A stretch of 61,906 nucleotides of DNA, counting the filler, from Choristocarpus tenellus KU-1152 (lineage: Eukaryota; Protista; Phaeophyceae): the NCBI GenBank assembly GCA_964200185.2. It is 11 parts of 11 records of this genome, joined end to end, with 100 filler letters (N's around TTAATTAATTAA, not from the genome) between each part and the next. Parts side by side here need not be neighbours in the genome. Positions count along the whole stretch, not along the records: positions 1 to 5,045 come from CAXNAD020012060.1; positions 5,146 to 8,839 come from CAXNAD020018467.1; positions 8,940 to 15,803 come from CAXNAD020007189.1; 8 more parts are not named here. The stretch is one strand, 5' to 3'. A program made the translations under genes and the position numbers. The notes under the pieces were generated by a model. That model was not told where the DNA came from and did not search any database. It saw nothing but the letters and a program-made list of their open reading frames with translations. Of the stretch, positions 1 through 11,679 are shown piece after piece; the stretch's first letter is position 1, and each line of letters begins with the position of its first letter.

Positions 1-3000
1 TGGAACAGGTGCAAAATGTTCCTGGGGAGGATCGCTGTGTTCTGCTCCTGGGTTACCGGGAGGAGATGGAAGACTTCCTTCGTGGAGCCAACCCAGGACT
101 GGAACGACGATTTGCTCTCAATAATGCCTTCCAGTTCGATGATTACAACGGTAAGCAAGTAATTAAAATTTAATATTAGTTCGAAAGTGCTCCTAAAGCT
201 CACTCTGTCTATTGCAATGGTCAATAACATACATATCGTCTACATTCTACATTGTAGTTCTCGAAAGCATAGATAATATTATGATGAACCAAAGTAGTTC
301 TACGGCTCCTTCTTAACGCATCAGCCAAAGCCTCTCTTTTGTTCTGTTTTACACCACATCCCGAATTCAGTACCCTCTGTAAAGTGATTGGTGTTGATTT
401 TCACACAAAAGATATCATAGCAGATATCTTCTCTCTTTTTAAAGATTTCTGCAATATTTGCAAACCTTGGACAAAACAACCCACAACGCTAGGATAACTT
501 CAGAACTTAGCCCCACATCGGCCTCCAGTATCCATCACAAGTATTGGAACTTCTTGCTCTTGAACATCCGTTGTCTGGACAACATTCACTGGTCTTTGCC
601 CTACAACATCAATTGTGCACAAAACATTCAAATTCAGTTGCTCAACTATTGTTTATTGAACAAAGCGGCTCACTCCTGTATTCTCAATAATAGTGTTTCA
701 CACAGTACTCATAGGAAAGTGATAAATGAACCATCCTATCCTAGAGAGGGGTCTTTCTGGGTGTGAGATCGCCCTTCACACCCTCCCCTTTAAAGTGGAA
801 CAAAAAGGAAGAAAGAAGAAATGCTGATAAGTCGGAAGAATTTTTCTGTTGTAGGGCAGATGCAGGAGGTTGTTAGCTCTATCATGCTCATTGCCCACCA
901 AATACTTGAACCCTTTTGCTTCATTATGTCAATTGTTCTGGACAGCACTTGGGCAATTTGCTCTATGAAGTCCATTGTTCAGTTGTCAGCTACGACAAAC
1001 GAGCATTTAGATGGACTATGCGAGCGTTGCATTGTCCAAGATGATAGCTTCTAACGATGTCCTCAAATAGATTTCCCATATAGAAGCCTTGTGTCTGCTC
1101 CTGCAAAATATTACATTTTTTTTCTATTTGATCTTGTAGAGAGGAGTCCAATTTGTACTCCGGGATGAACCAGTATGCAGAAACAGAAAGAATGTGGGGA
1201 TTGGGGGATGATAAATGACCAACCCATTGTGTTGGTTCACATTAGAACTGTTTGGTTCAAATGTTTTTCTTAGTACAATACACGCTATGTATCAATCATA
1301 TAATATCACAAACTACTCTCAATATTGTTTTGTTCATTTTGACACGACTCACACCAAGATTATACCCATTCTCAAACCCACGCCTCCTCCATTCAGATGA
1401 GGAACTGCTTAGCATCCTCAGAATCAAACTCGAGCAAGAGCAGCTCCAGGCGAGTGTGCCTGCACTCATGGCTGCTGCTGGTGTCCTGAGCCGCCGCCGT
1501 AACACATCTGCTCACTTCGGCAACGGAGGTGAGGTGGCCAACCTCTTGAGTGAGGCCAAACAGCGGAAGGAACTTCGAAGAAAGGATGACTCTGCAGCTT
1601 CAAGGCAAGGGATAAACCGGATCTTCGATTGTAATCCTATCTATTCCCAGGGGGAAGCTGATGTAGAATGCATTCCCCGAACCCCCGTATTGGCCTCTAT
1701 TGAGCTTGTCATGTGCAGGAAAATTATCTAAATTGTTGTTCTCCGATGTTGGATTCTGCTGGATATCAGTTATCCTGGATACATCCTTTTTACAAGATAG
1801 TAAAGCTCTACTAGTGTTTGCGTATTAGCGAACTAGTACTGTTGTTTTTGCAGGATGAAGATACAGCTACATGCTCCTGAAGATCAGCGTTCTGAACTCA
1901 ACTTAGTACTGCAACTTGTGCACCCTCCCACTATTATCCCCCCAAGGCTTGACCCTGAGCTCCTTCCAGAGGACTTTGACCACAAGCATAACAAGCTTCC
2001 TCCTAGTAGCAAGACCCTGGGAGATGAGCTATTTGGTGACTTGATCGGTTGCGACATGGTCAAAGAGAAACTGATGGAGATACGGTCAGCATTCATTCTA
2101 GCCCAGAATCTTGGGCGAGACCCTCGTGAGGTGGGACATATTCTGTCAGGGTTGCTGTCAAACAATCATCAGATGTAAACGTAACTCCTTAGTGCAGATT
2201 AGAATTACTGAACCAGTTGTTGGAATGTATAAGAAGGGAAATGTAGAATTAAGCATTAGCACCCTTGCAAGACTAAACAAGAAAGATCGTAGTGATTCTC
2301 TTGGGTCAGCTGGTGTCTGGTTGAAGGTATCGAATGTGTTCAAGTAGCCTAGAGTAATGTTTTAATGGAGTGGGCAATTACATATGTTCTGTCTTGTACG
2401 TAAATCTTACCCACACTATAGTAATATCAGATCCAAACGTGCTTACGACCCTCTGCTCCACCTGTAGATGCTTAGCTTGAACTTTCGGTTCACTGGGTCT
2501 CCTGGAACTGGTAAGACCACGGTAGCCCAACGGATGGGTAAGATGTTCAAGGAGCTAGGTGTGCTGCAGAGTGAAGGCGTTGTATCCTGCTCCCCTTCTG
2601 ATTTTGTGACTGGGTGAGTGTGTAGGGTTATTGTTAGCGGCGTTGACTCTCACTTGGCTAAGGATGCACCGCCATCTGTAACAATATGTGCTTGAGAGAG
2701 TTTGCTTGTTTAGGTTTGGAGATGAATGAGCTAGATTGTTCACCATTTTTCTTTGAGCTTGATGTAAACAACAATCAGTTGCTTCTCAGCACTGAGAATT
2801 TGTAAGTATTGTAGTGCTCCAAAGATCTTGGAGATCCCTGCTTGTTCCTGAGCCATGGGTATATGAATACAATTGTCGTAGGACTTGACAGGATGATTGC
2901 CCCATACAATGTACCAATGTACCAATGTTTTGGGTGGCTGCAGGTACATTGGTCAAACGGCCATAAAGACAAAGGCCAAGGTGGAGGAGGCAATTGGCAA

Positions 3001-4152
3001 GGTACTCTTCATAGATGAAGCATATGGACTGAATCCTCATCATGCAGGAAGACACTCTTTCATGCAAGAGGTGCGAGGTGAACTGGCAATCTCCAACATA
3101 CAAAGTCTATTATCGTGACATTCACATGTAGTCCTGGACAACCTGCTTACATATATTGACAGATTTTTTTTCAAGTGTTGCAACTTTTGTTCTATCTAAT
3201 TGTGGGTTCATCTTTATCCAACCAGAAGAGGACAATAGTAGTAATGACAGCAGCTTTTATTTTTAAAGAGAATGCAGGTAGGTCAGATAAGAAAAGAGGG
3301 ATATTCCGCCAGAACTTCTGTAATCTGTACTGCTATTCCACAACTGGTATGTAAAGTAATTTAGATCTGCACCCGCAACGTGGTTCCGAATGTTCTCCAT
3401 ACATACTATAGAAGGTGAACCTCTGCCCTCTCCAGAGATTAAAGTACATATATTTCCACCATGTTATGATTGTACTTGTATCATGATATGCCTGATTCTA
3501 TGTTCCCGAAACAGACAGCAGACAATGATTCGGATCACATAAAATTCTTCACCAAAATCGATTTGCTTTTTCCCGAAAAGTCAAGACTCTTTGTAGGGAA
3601 TGGATATAATAATTGCGAGTGTGTATAATGAATGTGTCATTTTGGATTATGTATCACTCCATATGTTGTTCGCAACAATGATGCTTGGCTCCAGCACATG
3701 TATGTGGTAGGTTGAGGATCAATCTTGCAACATTGTTGTTTTCTACTCACCTGGGCATATATTTGATCACCTTGGAAATCTACAAACACATATATTAAGC
3801 CTAACAATGAGCGCAGCGAGCAGCTGACGTCCACTATAACACTCTGTCTCCACGCTCTGCATTTTTTCGTTCTCCTCACTAGGCTGTAGACCAGCTTGTC
3901 CAATGTCTCACGGACGAACGCTACAAGGGTAACCTCGTCTGTGTGGTTGCTGGATACGCTGCTGATATCGATGCCCTGATGACTGCCAACCCCGGCCTTG
4001 CAAGTCGCTTCCCCCAGACAGTTCACTTTCCCGATTTCGACGTCAAGGATTCAAGCCTCCTGCTGAAGAATAGCCTGGACAGTATGGGTATAGATGTCGC
4101 TTCTGACATCGATAATGTTTCGATTATGAACATTATCAGGCCGCTAGTTAAG
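1..4152 (+). CDS. Partial multi-exon gene: tandem CbbX/CfxQ/SpoVK-type AAA+ ATPase modules (C-terminal part, possibly of a ZNFX1-like helicase/AAA protein). Exons ~1/9-150, 1397-1604, 1854-2130, 2468-2613, 2944-3070, 3883-4152; truncated at both ends
   Basis: Phase-consistent splicing gives VQNVPGEDRCVLLLGY..ANPGLERRF..FDDY, then HFGNGGEVANLL (AAA lid), Walker A FTGSPGTGKTTVA, GYIGQT, Walker B VLFIDEAY, and VVAGY..ANPGLASRF..FPDF. Two successive NPGLxxRF arginine-finger motifs show at least two AAA modules. Confidence 0.9.
378..780. mobile_element. Solo LTR-like insertion in intron 1
   Basis: Starts TGTAAAG, ends CTTCACA; perfect 5-bp direct repeat CCCTC at 373-377 and 781-785. Confidence 0.7.
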
Positions 4153-4813
4153 GTCAGTAGCACTGGTGGAAAATTGCATTGGATCACCAACCCTTTGCCA
4201 ATATTACAACGCTTCCCCAAGTTTCTGGTAGTCTCTCCCTAACCGTTCTATTTTGTGTTTAATCGACAATTCAGTGACAAAATTGCCAAACTATTGCAGT
4301 TATCCCTCGCCTTGTCTGTTTCATCTCATCTCTTGAAAATACTACCTTCATAGTGCTCCCCAATTGAGCAGTTTCTCCATTCAAACCATTGCAGCTACTC
4401 AAACTACTAATAGTACCAAAATACTCTTGCTAGGTGTTTTGTATGACCTTACCTCAAAATTGCAAGAGATCTTGTTGGTGTGATCGACTTTCGTCCCATC
4501 TCGCCATAAGCTCAAGTCCTAATAATTTTCTATCCATGAAGGATCCACGAACGCATTCTGGGTACTGCTGTTGTTGCACTCTGGAGCCTTGGAAATACAT
4601 GTATATATATATATATAACATGATCAATTTTGGAGCTGCTGGCGTACATCCAGCAGTTGATATAATGCATAATAATGTTCAGTGAATGCTGTCTTTCATT
4701 GCCATCCGTCTGCCCCATCTTTCGTTTACTACACCATTCAGAACATAGACTATCGTCTGAGCTATCTTACGAACCCAATATGTGTTCGACAATTTCCGTC
4801 TAAGAGCAAGTAA

Positions 4814-4990
4814 GGCTCAAAGTTTCTGGGGGGGTGGCAGCAGTCCATTTGGGATCGATTTTTTCATGCCGCAATTTTTGGGTGATTTGGTTGCATACGT
4901 CTGATGGATAATGTAAATGTACTTTTCCCGATTTTGGCCAAATGGACACCCTGGTGTAGACCCCCCCCCCCCCTGCAGTAACTTTGGGTC
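4814..4990 (+). mobile_element. MITE family A (shared CAAAGTATCT TIR, poly-G/poly-C subtermini)
   Basis: GGCTCAAAGTTTCT-G(n)...C(n)-AGTAACTTTGGGTC; interior aligns by eye with 52378-52558, 16105-16475 and (reverse) 28240-28422. Confidence 0.8.
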
Positions 4991-5045
4991 TGCATCTATT
5001 CTGGGTTGATTCTTTCGGTTGTATATCATTTTCCTTATTCGATTT

Positions 5046-5145
5046 NNNNNNNNNNNNNNNNNNNNNNNNNNNNNNNNNNNNNNNNNNNNTTAATTAATTA
5101 ANNNNNNNNNNNNNNNNNNNNNNNNNNNNNNNNNNNNNNNNNNNN
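5046..5145. other. Artificial contig linker; repeated at 8840-8939, 15804-15903, 18996-19095, 28109-28208, 34232-34331, 37577-37676, 43747-43846, 52272-52371, 59297-59396
   Basis: Identical 44N-TTAATTAATTAA-44N blocks with stops in all frames. Confidence 0.98.
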
Positions 5146-5220
5146 ATCCCAGTCAATTTTGGGTCAAGCTCATCCTCAATGAAAAGCTCCATCCTCAATT
5201 TTTGAAATCTGCTGTTATAG
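5146..5220. repeat. Dispersed repeat end (family D), also at 15904-15980 and reversed at ~18915-18995
   Basis: Shared ttttgggtcaagc.catcctcaa.gaaaagctccat..tcaa.ttttg; all three copies abut a contig linker. Confidence 0.75.
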
Positions 5221-5239
5221 GTCTCGCTCTTCACTGTAA

Positions 5240-5760
5240 CTTAATAGAGCATATTCTAAATCATTATAATATTATGTCCTCTGACATTTTCCAGATGTGT
5301 CAGGGGGAAAACCAATGAAAACTATACACATTGTCAGTATAAGTCCTAAAGAAATAAAATGTCATAAATATGAAAGACACTAATCCATTTGTTACTTCAC
5401 CACTATGTTGTACTACTGCCTTCCTGTGTCTCCATCTACCTGTACCTGTGCCTGGAGGGAAGGACCTAGGGAGGCATCCCAAGAATTCAATAAACCCCTC
5501 CATGCCCGTCTTCCTGGTGATTCCAGCTTAAAACGCATGACAAGTCTGGACAGTGCCACTTGCGTAGTTACCGAGACAATTTGGTGTAGCCGAGATTTAA
5601 CTACTCCTTCCCTGCTATACCCCCCTGATCCTCTCCCCCCTACCATGTGAGTAGCCGCCAGCTCATCCAGGAAGCATTCCGCTTGCTTGCTGAGGCGCCC
5701 AAAACTTTCCACTGCAAAGGTGTTGAGGTTATAACTGCGCTGGAGACCCTAAAGATGACA
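5240..5760 (-). mobile_element. 5'-truncated non-LTR retrotransposon 3' end (RLE/CRE-like endonuclease tail plus 3' UTR)
   Basis: Minus strand reads RSYNLNTFAVESFGRLSKQAECFLDELAATH...LHQIVSVTTQVALSRLV, resembling the C-terminus of restriction-like-endonuclease LINEs. The downstream UTR recurs at 44220-44420, 55755-55935 and 56385-56435. Confidence 0.7.
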
Positions 5761-8700
5761 CTCCTCCACTTCCCAATGCACGTACTATATATTGTATACA
5801 GTAGTATGGTATGGCGGGTGCAGATAGAAGTGCATCACATGAATCAGCATAACAATGCGTTGCTGGGACGGTGTTCCACTATTTATTGAGAATGGCATAG
5901 ATAGAGCATTATTTAGTGTGGAATCTATCGCTATTGACCAATTCGGTGACAAGCTTTTTCACATTACACAAAAACTTTCAACACATGGCTAACACTTTTG
6001 TCATGAATGTCGTAGAGTCTCGTGCTGTACCTATTTTAGCAAGTAATAGTGAGTACACAGTAGGCCCAGTGATTGCTGTCTGCTGGGTGGGTAGCCCAAA
6101 AAATGTATAAACGTTTATATGACAACCAAGACTTCATAGGAGGAACAGTTTGGGACTGACTGTAAGTACTAATTCTTGGTCAACTCGACCTCTCCGTAGC
6201 TGGCCCTTTACGTCTAGCCAGTGAGGTGTGGCTATCCTACAGCCTACCCATTGTAACTAAAGACACCAAGTCGTCCTGCAGCACAGCACATTGGCATGTG
6301 AATCTATGTCGATCCTGCCTGTATATGAATCTGTTCACAAACTAGCCTTCTTTAGAGGTATGGTAGGTTTAGCATAGTAAGCACCAGTTTGGATGACTTG
6401 AGGATGAGGTGAGCTCTGTTTTCACTCCACCAATATGCAGCCAGAAAAGCGCACCTCAAAAAACACAAAGCTCAATACTAGCACTACCCTCCTAGAATGT
6501 TTGACCATATTGGGCCAAAAACGTTGATTATCCGTGACAAATTAGGGTTAATTTGCACAGTAACGTCAATTATTAGGTCACGTTCGAGTGCCAGGTGTTC
6601 TACAACAGCTTCTGTCCATATAATACCCAAGTCCATATACTCCAAACTATTTTTTAGCACTAATCCAGCAATTGATGTCCGTTGTGAAGGTAATATACTT
6701 CGAAGTACTGGGTGCCATTTGCTCAATCAATAGTATCCTTTGTCCACAAAAAGGTTGTAACCAATTGCCAATAACATCTATTATCGATAACAATGCTGAA
6801 AGTCATCTGCAAGAGTCTACAAAGCGATCCACATCCATCTTATTTTTTTTACACTTCATTTAAAGCAGAGAAAGCGAATGATGAGGAAAATTTTCAGAAG
6901 AAGAAACAGTCCAAAAAGGAAAATAATAAATCTATTATACTTGCTCATTACGCCTGCTGTCCAGAAAACCTTTAAGCTCATCACCTCTGGGATGCCCATC
7001 ATTGTCCAGAAAATGCTCTTGTCTTTTTTTTGCTTTACCACATTTGTTGTCGTTCGTGGACAATGATTGGGTACATTTGACAATGATTGGGTACATTTGC
7101 TTTGTAATACTGCTGCCCAGGAACGCACTTGGGGCAAATTAGCTTTCAATACCTGTTGTTCAGCAAAGGCTTGAAGCCAATTCAATCCGTAGTGCCAATT
7201 GTCCAGGGCATCGCTTGAGGCCCCTTGTTCTATAACGTCTATTGTCCGGACAACGCTTTGTCGTGCATAATTCTAAAATGTTACGTTTTGTTATGCGAGT
7301 GGTTTTGCTTTCCGAGGTACGCTGTCAAGCAGAGGAGCATTGGGGAGAGAACAAGAAGATCAACGACCAAAACAAGGAATAATTCAACGACTACAATCTT
7401 CTGTGTAGGTCGAGTTTTCTTGGGGAGCTGGGGAAGATTTGTTGCAAAAACTTTCCCCCGATTGGTTGATAAGGTGTGCACGTCAGACAGTCCACAATAC
7501 AACTTGCACAACGGTTTCAGTAATCTTAATTCTTACCACATCAACACTCTAGTCATAGGATGGATGGTCGTTACCGCCATTCATAGTCTAGTCGTACCCC
7601 TCGCTAGAAAAAAAGTTAGGCAAATACTGGAGTGGTACAAATGATCCGAATCTGTACGACAAAGGTCCTCTTGGTCAGCACAGAGAGGATGGTCAAAAAA
7701 ACACTAACAAGATTAAACATGAACGCACACAGTACTTGAAAAATCATAACATAAGCTCCGTGATGAAGCATCCACACTATTCCATCTATCCTTCATCAGT
7801 CATCCATTTTGCAATTCCGAACAAGCGTGGTTTTGCCTTCCTTGTTGCTCGTCCCATCGCTGTTGCAATAAAACACACTTCCTGCAAGGTCAAGTCCGTA
7901 TTTTGTGCCACAGAGATGGGCACCGAGGGCACCGGCAAAGCCTTCATGTGCAAGAAAAAGAGCCTTCACCAATATGATAGGAGTTTAGAGCAGATCGGAG
8001 AGGGGAGGTTGTCGGCAACACCAACGTGGATGGTGGCTTGCATGTGGCATGTGGCATGTGGCATTCAGCAGTAACATCTATCGACATTGCCTAACACACA
8101 AGTACTACTCAGTATGAACCTAACAAAAGTCAGCACTGATTGCAAGATTTCATTCTCCTACCAAACATAAGTTGAGGATATAAAATGGCGTTGAAGTGAA
8201 CCCCTAGCACTCAATTAAATTCCGATTAAATTAGGAACCGAAAATTGAGGGGAAATTTTCAATTGGTCATTCTCTGCGTAAATACGCCCTGCGCGCTTCC
8301 TGGCGGAGCTTGGCAATTCACACACCTCCTTTTGTCCACTACTGTGTGTACACGATGGTACACGATTAAAATCAAGTACATCAAATTTTTCGAGCCGATT
8401 TAACTTGCACTCAAAAAATTATTTCGATTCACAACATGATAGAAGGCGGATCTAATTCTGGTGAGGCCTAGAAGAAACTAGTAGATTCTGATGTACAATA
8501 TATTGTGTAGGATCTCCACTCACAGATGTGGTGGGATCAGTTTGACACTGCTTATTCCCAACTTCAATTGGCCCCTTCTCCAAATAATATAAGAGCATAT
8601 ATTGCACATTATGGATCGTGTCAACGCTGCTCTGAAGCAGATAGCACAGATTAAAACATGCCACGCTTACAATCAAAAAGTGCAAATCTCACACCTGAAT

Positions 8701-9009
8701 CGTCCCACCCGACCAGAAGTTGACTGCGTCCGAAACTGTAGTCATGGAATAGGTGTGGCCTCTAAAAAAGTTTCCAGCAAAGACTATGTTCCTGCATTGG
8801 GAGAACCAAAGTGGAAGGAGGGTCAAAGTATCTGGGGGGNNNNNNNNNNNNNNNNNNNNNNNNNNNNNNNNNNNNNNNNNNNNTTAATTAATTAANNNNN
8901 NNNNNNNNNNNNNNNNNNNNNNNNNNNNNNNNNNNNNNNTGGAAAAGTTAAGTGCACCCCCCCGGGTCCTGGCCGAGATGGACACCGCGGTGTGGCCCCC
9001 CCCCCCCCC

Positions 9010-9285
9010 CCCCCGGACACTTTGAGCCATTAACTCGCTACTCCCTGTCCCATAAGTCTGGACCGTTAAGTTGTAGGATTCGTGAATACCTCCGATTACA
9101 AAATGGACCTTTGTATTGGATTCCTTGAAATATTTTACACACACACACAACCTCCCCCCCCAGATACTTTGAGCCATTAACTCGCTACTCCCTGTCCCAT
9201 AAGTCTGGGCCGTTAAGTTGTAGGATTCGCGAATACCTCTGATTACAAAACGGATCTTTGCATTGGATTCCTTGCAATATTTCAC
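9010..9285. repeat. ~148-bp tandem duplication of a MITE end plus the mariner left TIR
   Basis: actttgagccattaactcgctactccctgtcccataagtctgg... occurs twice (TIR starts at 9040 and 9188). Confidence 0.85.
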
Positions 9286-9726
9286 ATTAACAAACTTTGT
9301 CTTGTCTTTATTCGACATCGTCAACCCACCAATCTAGGGCTGACACAGAGATCCCTTGGTGTACTTGGACTGTTATAGCCAACCTGCCCTCTCGCTGCCT
9401 TTTTTTGGTCCCTCGGTGTTCTCTACCTCGAAATCGTTCCCCCCCAGCACCCTTTACGCCCGATTGTACCTCTTAAAAAGACTCTGCCACACCCTCTCGA
9501 GCTTATCTGCGTCATACGCGTGGAACATGCTTGAAACCTCCTCTACAAGTTCATCAATGCTGCCATAATGCTCTGCCGAAACCCTGCTCTTCAGAGATAC
9601 AAAACCCCTAAATCATTTGACGTTGAGATCCGGCAACTGTGCTGGCTGCATCTCGAGCTTAATTTTCCATCCCTCCTCCATCCTGCTGCGTTCAGCTTCT
9701 GCACCTTGCCCTTGCCCATATGCGGG

Positions 9727-10080
9727 TATGAAGAAAAAGATTTTTATTCATATTTTAATAAAGATTCTGGAAGAAACAACCTAAGGATGGAAGAAACCAA
9801 GTTTGTGTTCTGAAGAATAGAAATGTTAGAGTTTAAGAACTAGAATATGAAGAGTTCAGGAATAGGAAATATGGTAGCAAGTAATCTGTGATTAGTGATT
9901 AGTGATTAGTATTACTGATGATCCATAGGATTGATTTCGTGGCAAGGACCCTCCGCTTTGGGCTTGGAAGCTCACTCCTCCTTTCTCCTTCCTTACTTCA
10001 TCTACAACCTGTTCAACCCAATAAGGGTTCAATCAAGTCATTTACATACACAAGTCTTGAGAACATCAGCTTCTGCAACA
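9727..10080 (-). mobile_element. Solo LTR-like insertion inside the mariner catalytic region
   Basis: Ends ...TGCAACA; flanked by GCGGG/GTGGG (5-bp TSD, 1 mismatch); removing it restores IQQDSAIPHMGKG. Confidence 0.7.
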
Positions 10081-10723
10081 GTGGGATTGCACTGTCCTGC
10101 TGTATGGAGCCCCCCCCTAATTCCAGTCACGGCATTTTTTCCTTGATCGCTGGCAACAGCTGTTCCGTGTACCACTCCAGGTACCACTTACTTAGCGTTG
10201 ACAGTGACGTCAATCACATACTCCTCCCCCCTTCGTAACGCAAACCTGCCAGATCTTGATCTTGTCGTCGAAATCATGGGAACAATCTGGGCACAAAACA
10301 GTGGAGATGAACATTACTTTGGGAATGTGACTCTTCTGCTGCACCTTTGTCGAGCCCACCATTTCCTCCCCTGGGGAACATGCACACCATCTCTTGTTCG
10401 TGGATGAGGTAGAACCATGACTCGTTTATGTGAAAGGTGTTGAGGCCAGTCCTGTAGGTTTTGTGGTTGTGGGAGATCTGTTCGAGGACGAAGTCCACCC
10501 TCTTCTTGGGAGAAGACGAAAGGTGGGGGGTGACGCATTGCTGAACCCTCGTTGTCTCCATGGCTTTGAGCCAGCGATGAAACTTTGAGCTGCTAACTGC
10601 AAGGCCTGCTTTGGCGAGTTTGGCGGAAAGTTGGTTGATAGTCAGCGTGCGATTACTGGTGTTGATTCCTGGATATTTGCTTGTTTTGTTGGCATAAAGT
10701 CCAACGGTCGTCCAGATCGTGCT

Positions 10724-11009
10724 TGTGATTCAGAGAGACAGTATTCCCCCTAACTGTTCTTTGACACGCGCCCACACCCCTCTAGGGTGTTTCTCTCCTA
10801 CTTCAAACTCTTTCACCAATTTAGACCCCACACCCCTTGGGAGTCTTTCGTGACCCGGAGGGAGAGCCAATGCGTAAGGCAGAGCAAGTGCGGTCCGACC
10901 TCCCTCAGTCAGCTCACAGTTCTTTCAGTGAGATGGTGGGCTTCGTACCAGGGACGACCGTTTGTGGGGGCTTGCCATGTGGGTTATGAGAGTGTTGTGT
11001 GACCCCACA
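10724..11009. mobile_element. Second possible solo LTR inside the mariner
   Basis: TGTG...CACA ends; interrupts the transposase just before RSGRP; the TSD is weak (GTGCT/CTGCA). Confidence 0.4.
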
Positions 11010-11679
11010 CTGCAGCAGGAACATTCAAAAACGATAAGAATATGCCCCATTCTGAATTGCATTATTTCGGAACCATTTAAGAACAGAATTATTTGTAGAA
11101 TGAAATGAAATGTAGTTGTTCAATGCAATATATTCCAAGGAATCCAGCATAAAAGTTCGTCTTGTAATCGGAGGTCATCGCGAAGAGCTACAGCTTAACG
11201 GTCCAGACGTATGGGATGAGGGAGTAGAAACAACGCACTTCAAATTACTTGAGGTGCACGGGCAGTGAGTTCATGGTGACACAAATATGATGGGACATTG
11301 CTCTGATTAACCTGAATTCACCAAATAAAAAACATCAATACATTTTTCTACACCTACTTCCTTGTTCCTATTATGATCCTCCATAACACCAATGGTTCTC
11401 CACATTCCATATTTTCTACAAGAAACAACTTGATGCCCCTTTCATCTTGACCATAAACGTCAAACACACATGAACCCACATGTTCTCAATCTGAAAGACT
11501 TCATCAGCAACCTCATACTACATCTGTGCCATAAGTTTGTGCTGCGAAACATGTGGGCTTGCCGAGTGAGAACGGCGCTGAATCGGACAATAACCCCGCA
11601 GAATGAAAGCGGGTTGATAATCTCAGCTTTCAGAAAAGGTGAGGGTCGAGGATCATCAGGTACAAACTCGAGGTGCTTC

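Larger units (their letters stand above)
9188..11224 (-). mobile_element. Degenerate DD39D (plant-type/Stowaway-related) mariner with ~90-bp imperfect TIRs and TA TSD
   Basis: TA|CTCCCTGTCCCATAAGTCTGG... and ...CCAGACGTATGGGATGAGGGAG|TA. Transposase remnants on minus: RSGRP, FHINESWFY (DEKWF-like), HIPKVMF, IQQDSAIPH, QPAQLPDLNV, LERVWQSLFKRYN, with stops and frameshifts. Confidence 0.85.

Noticed and set aside
5090-5101. Recurrent palindrome TTAATTAATTAA
   Set aside because: Always centred in 44+44 N; a synthetic concatenation linker, not biology.
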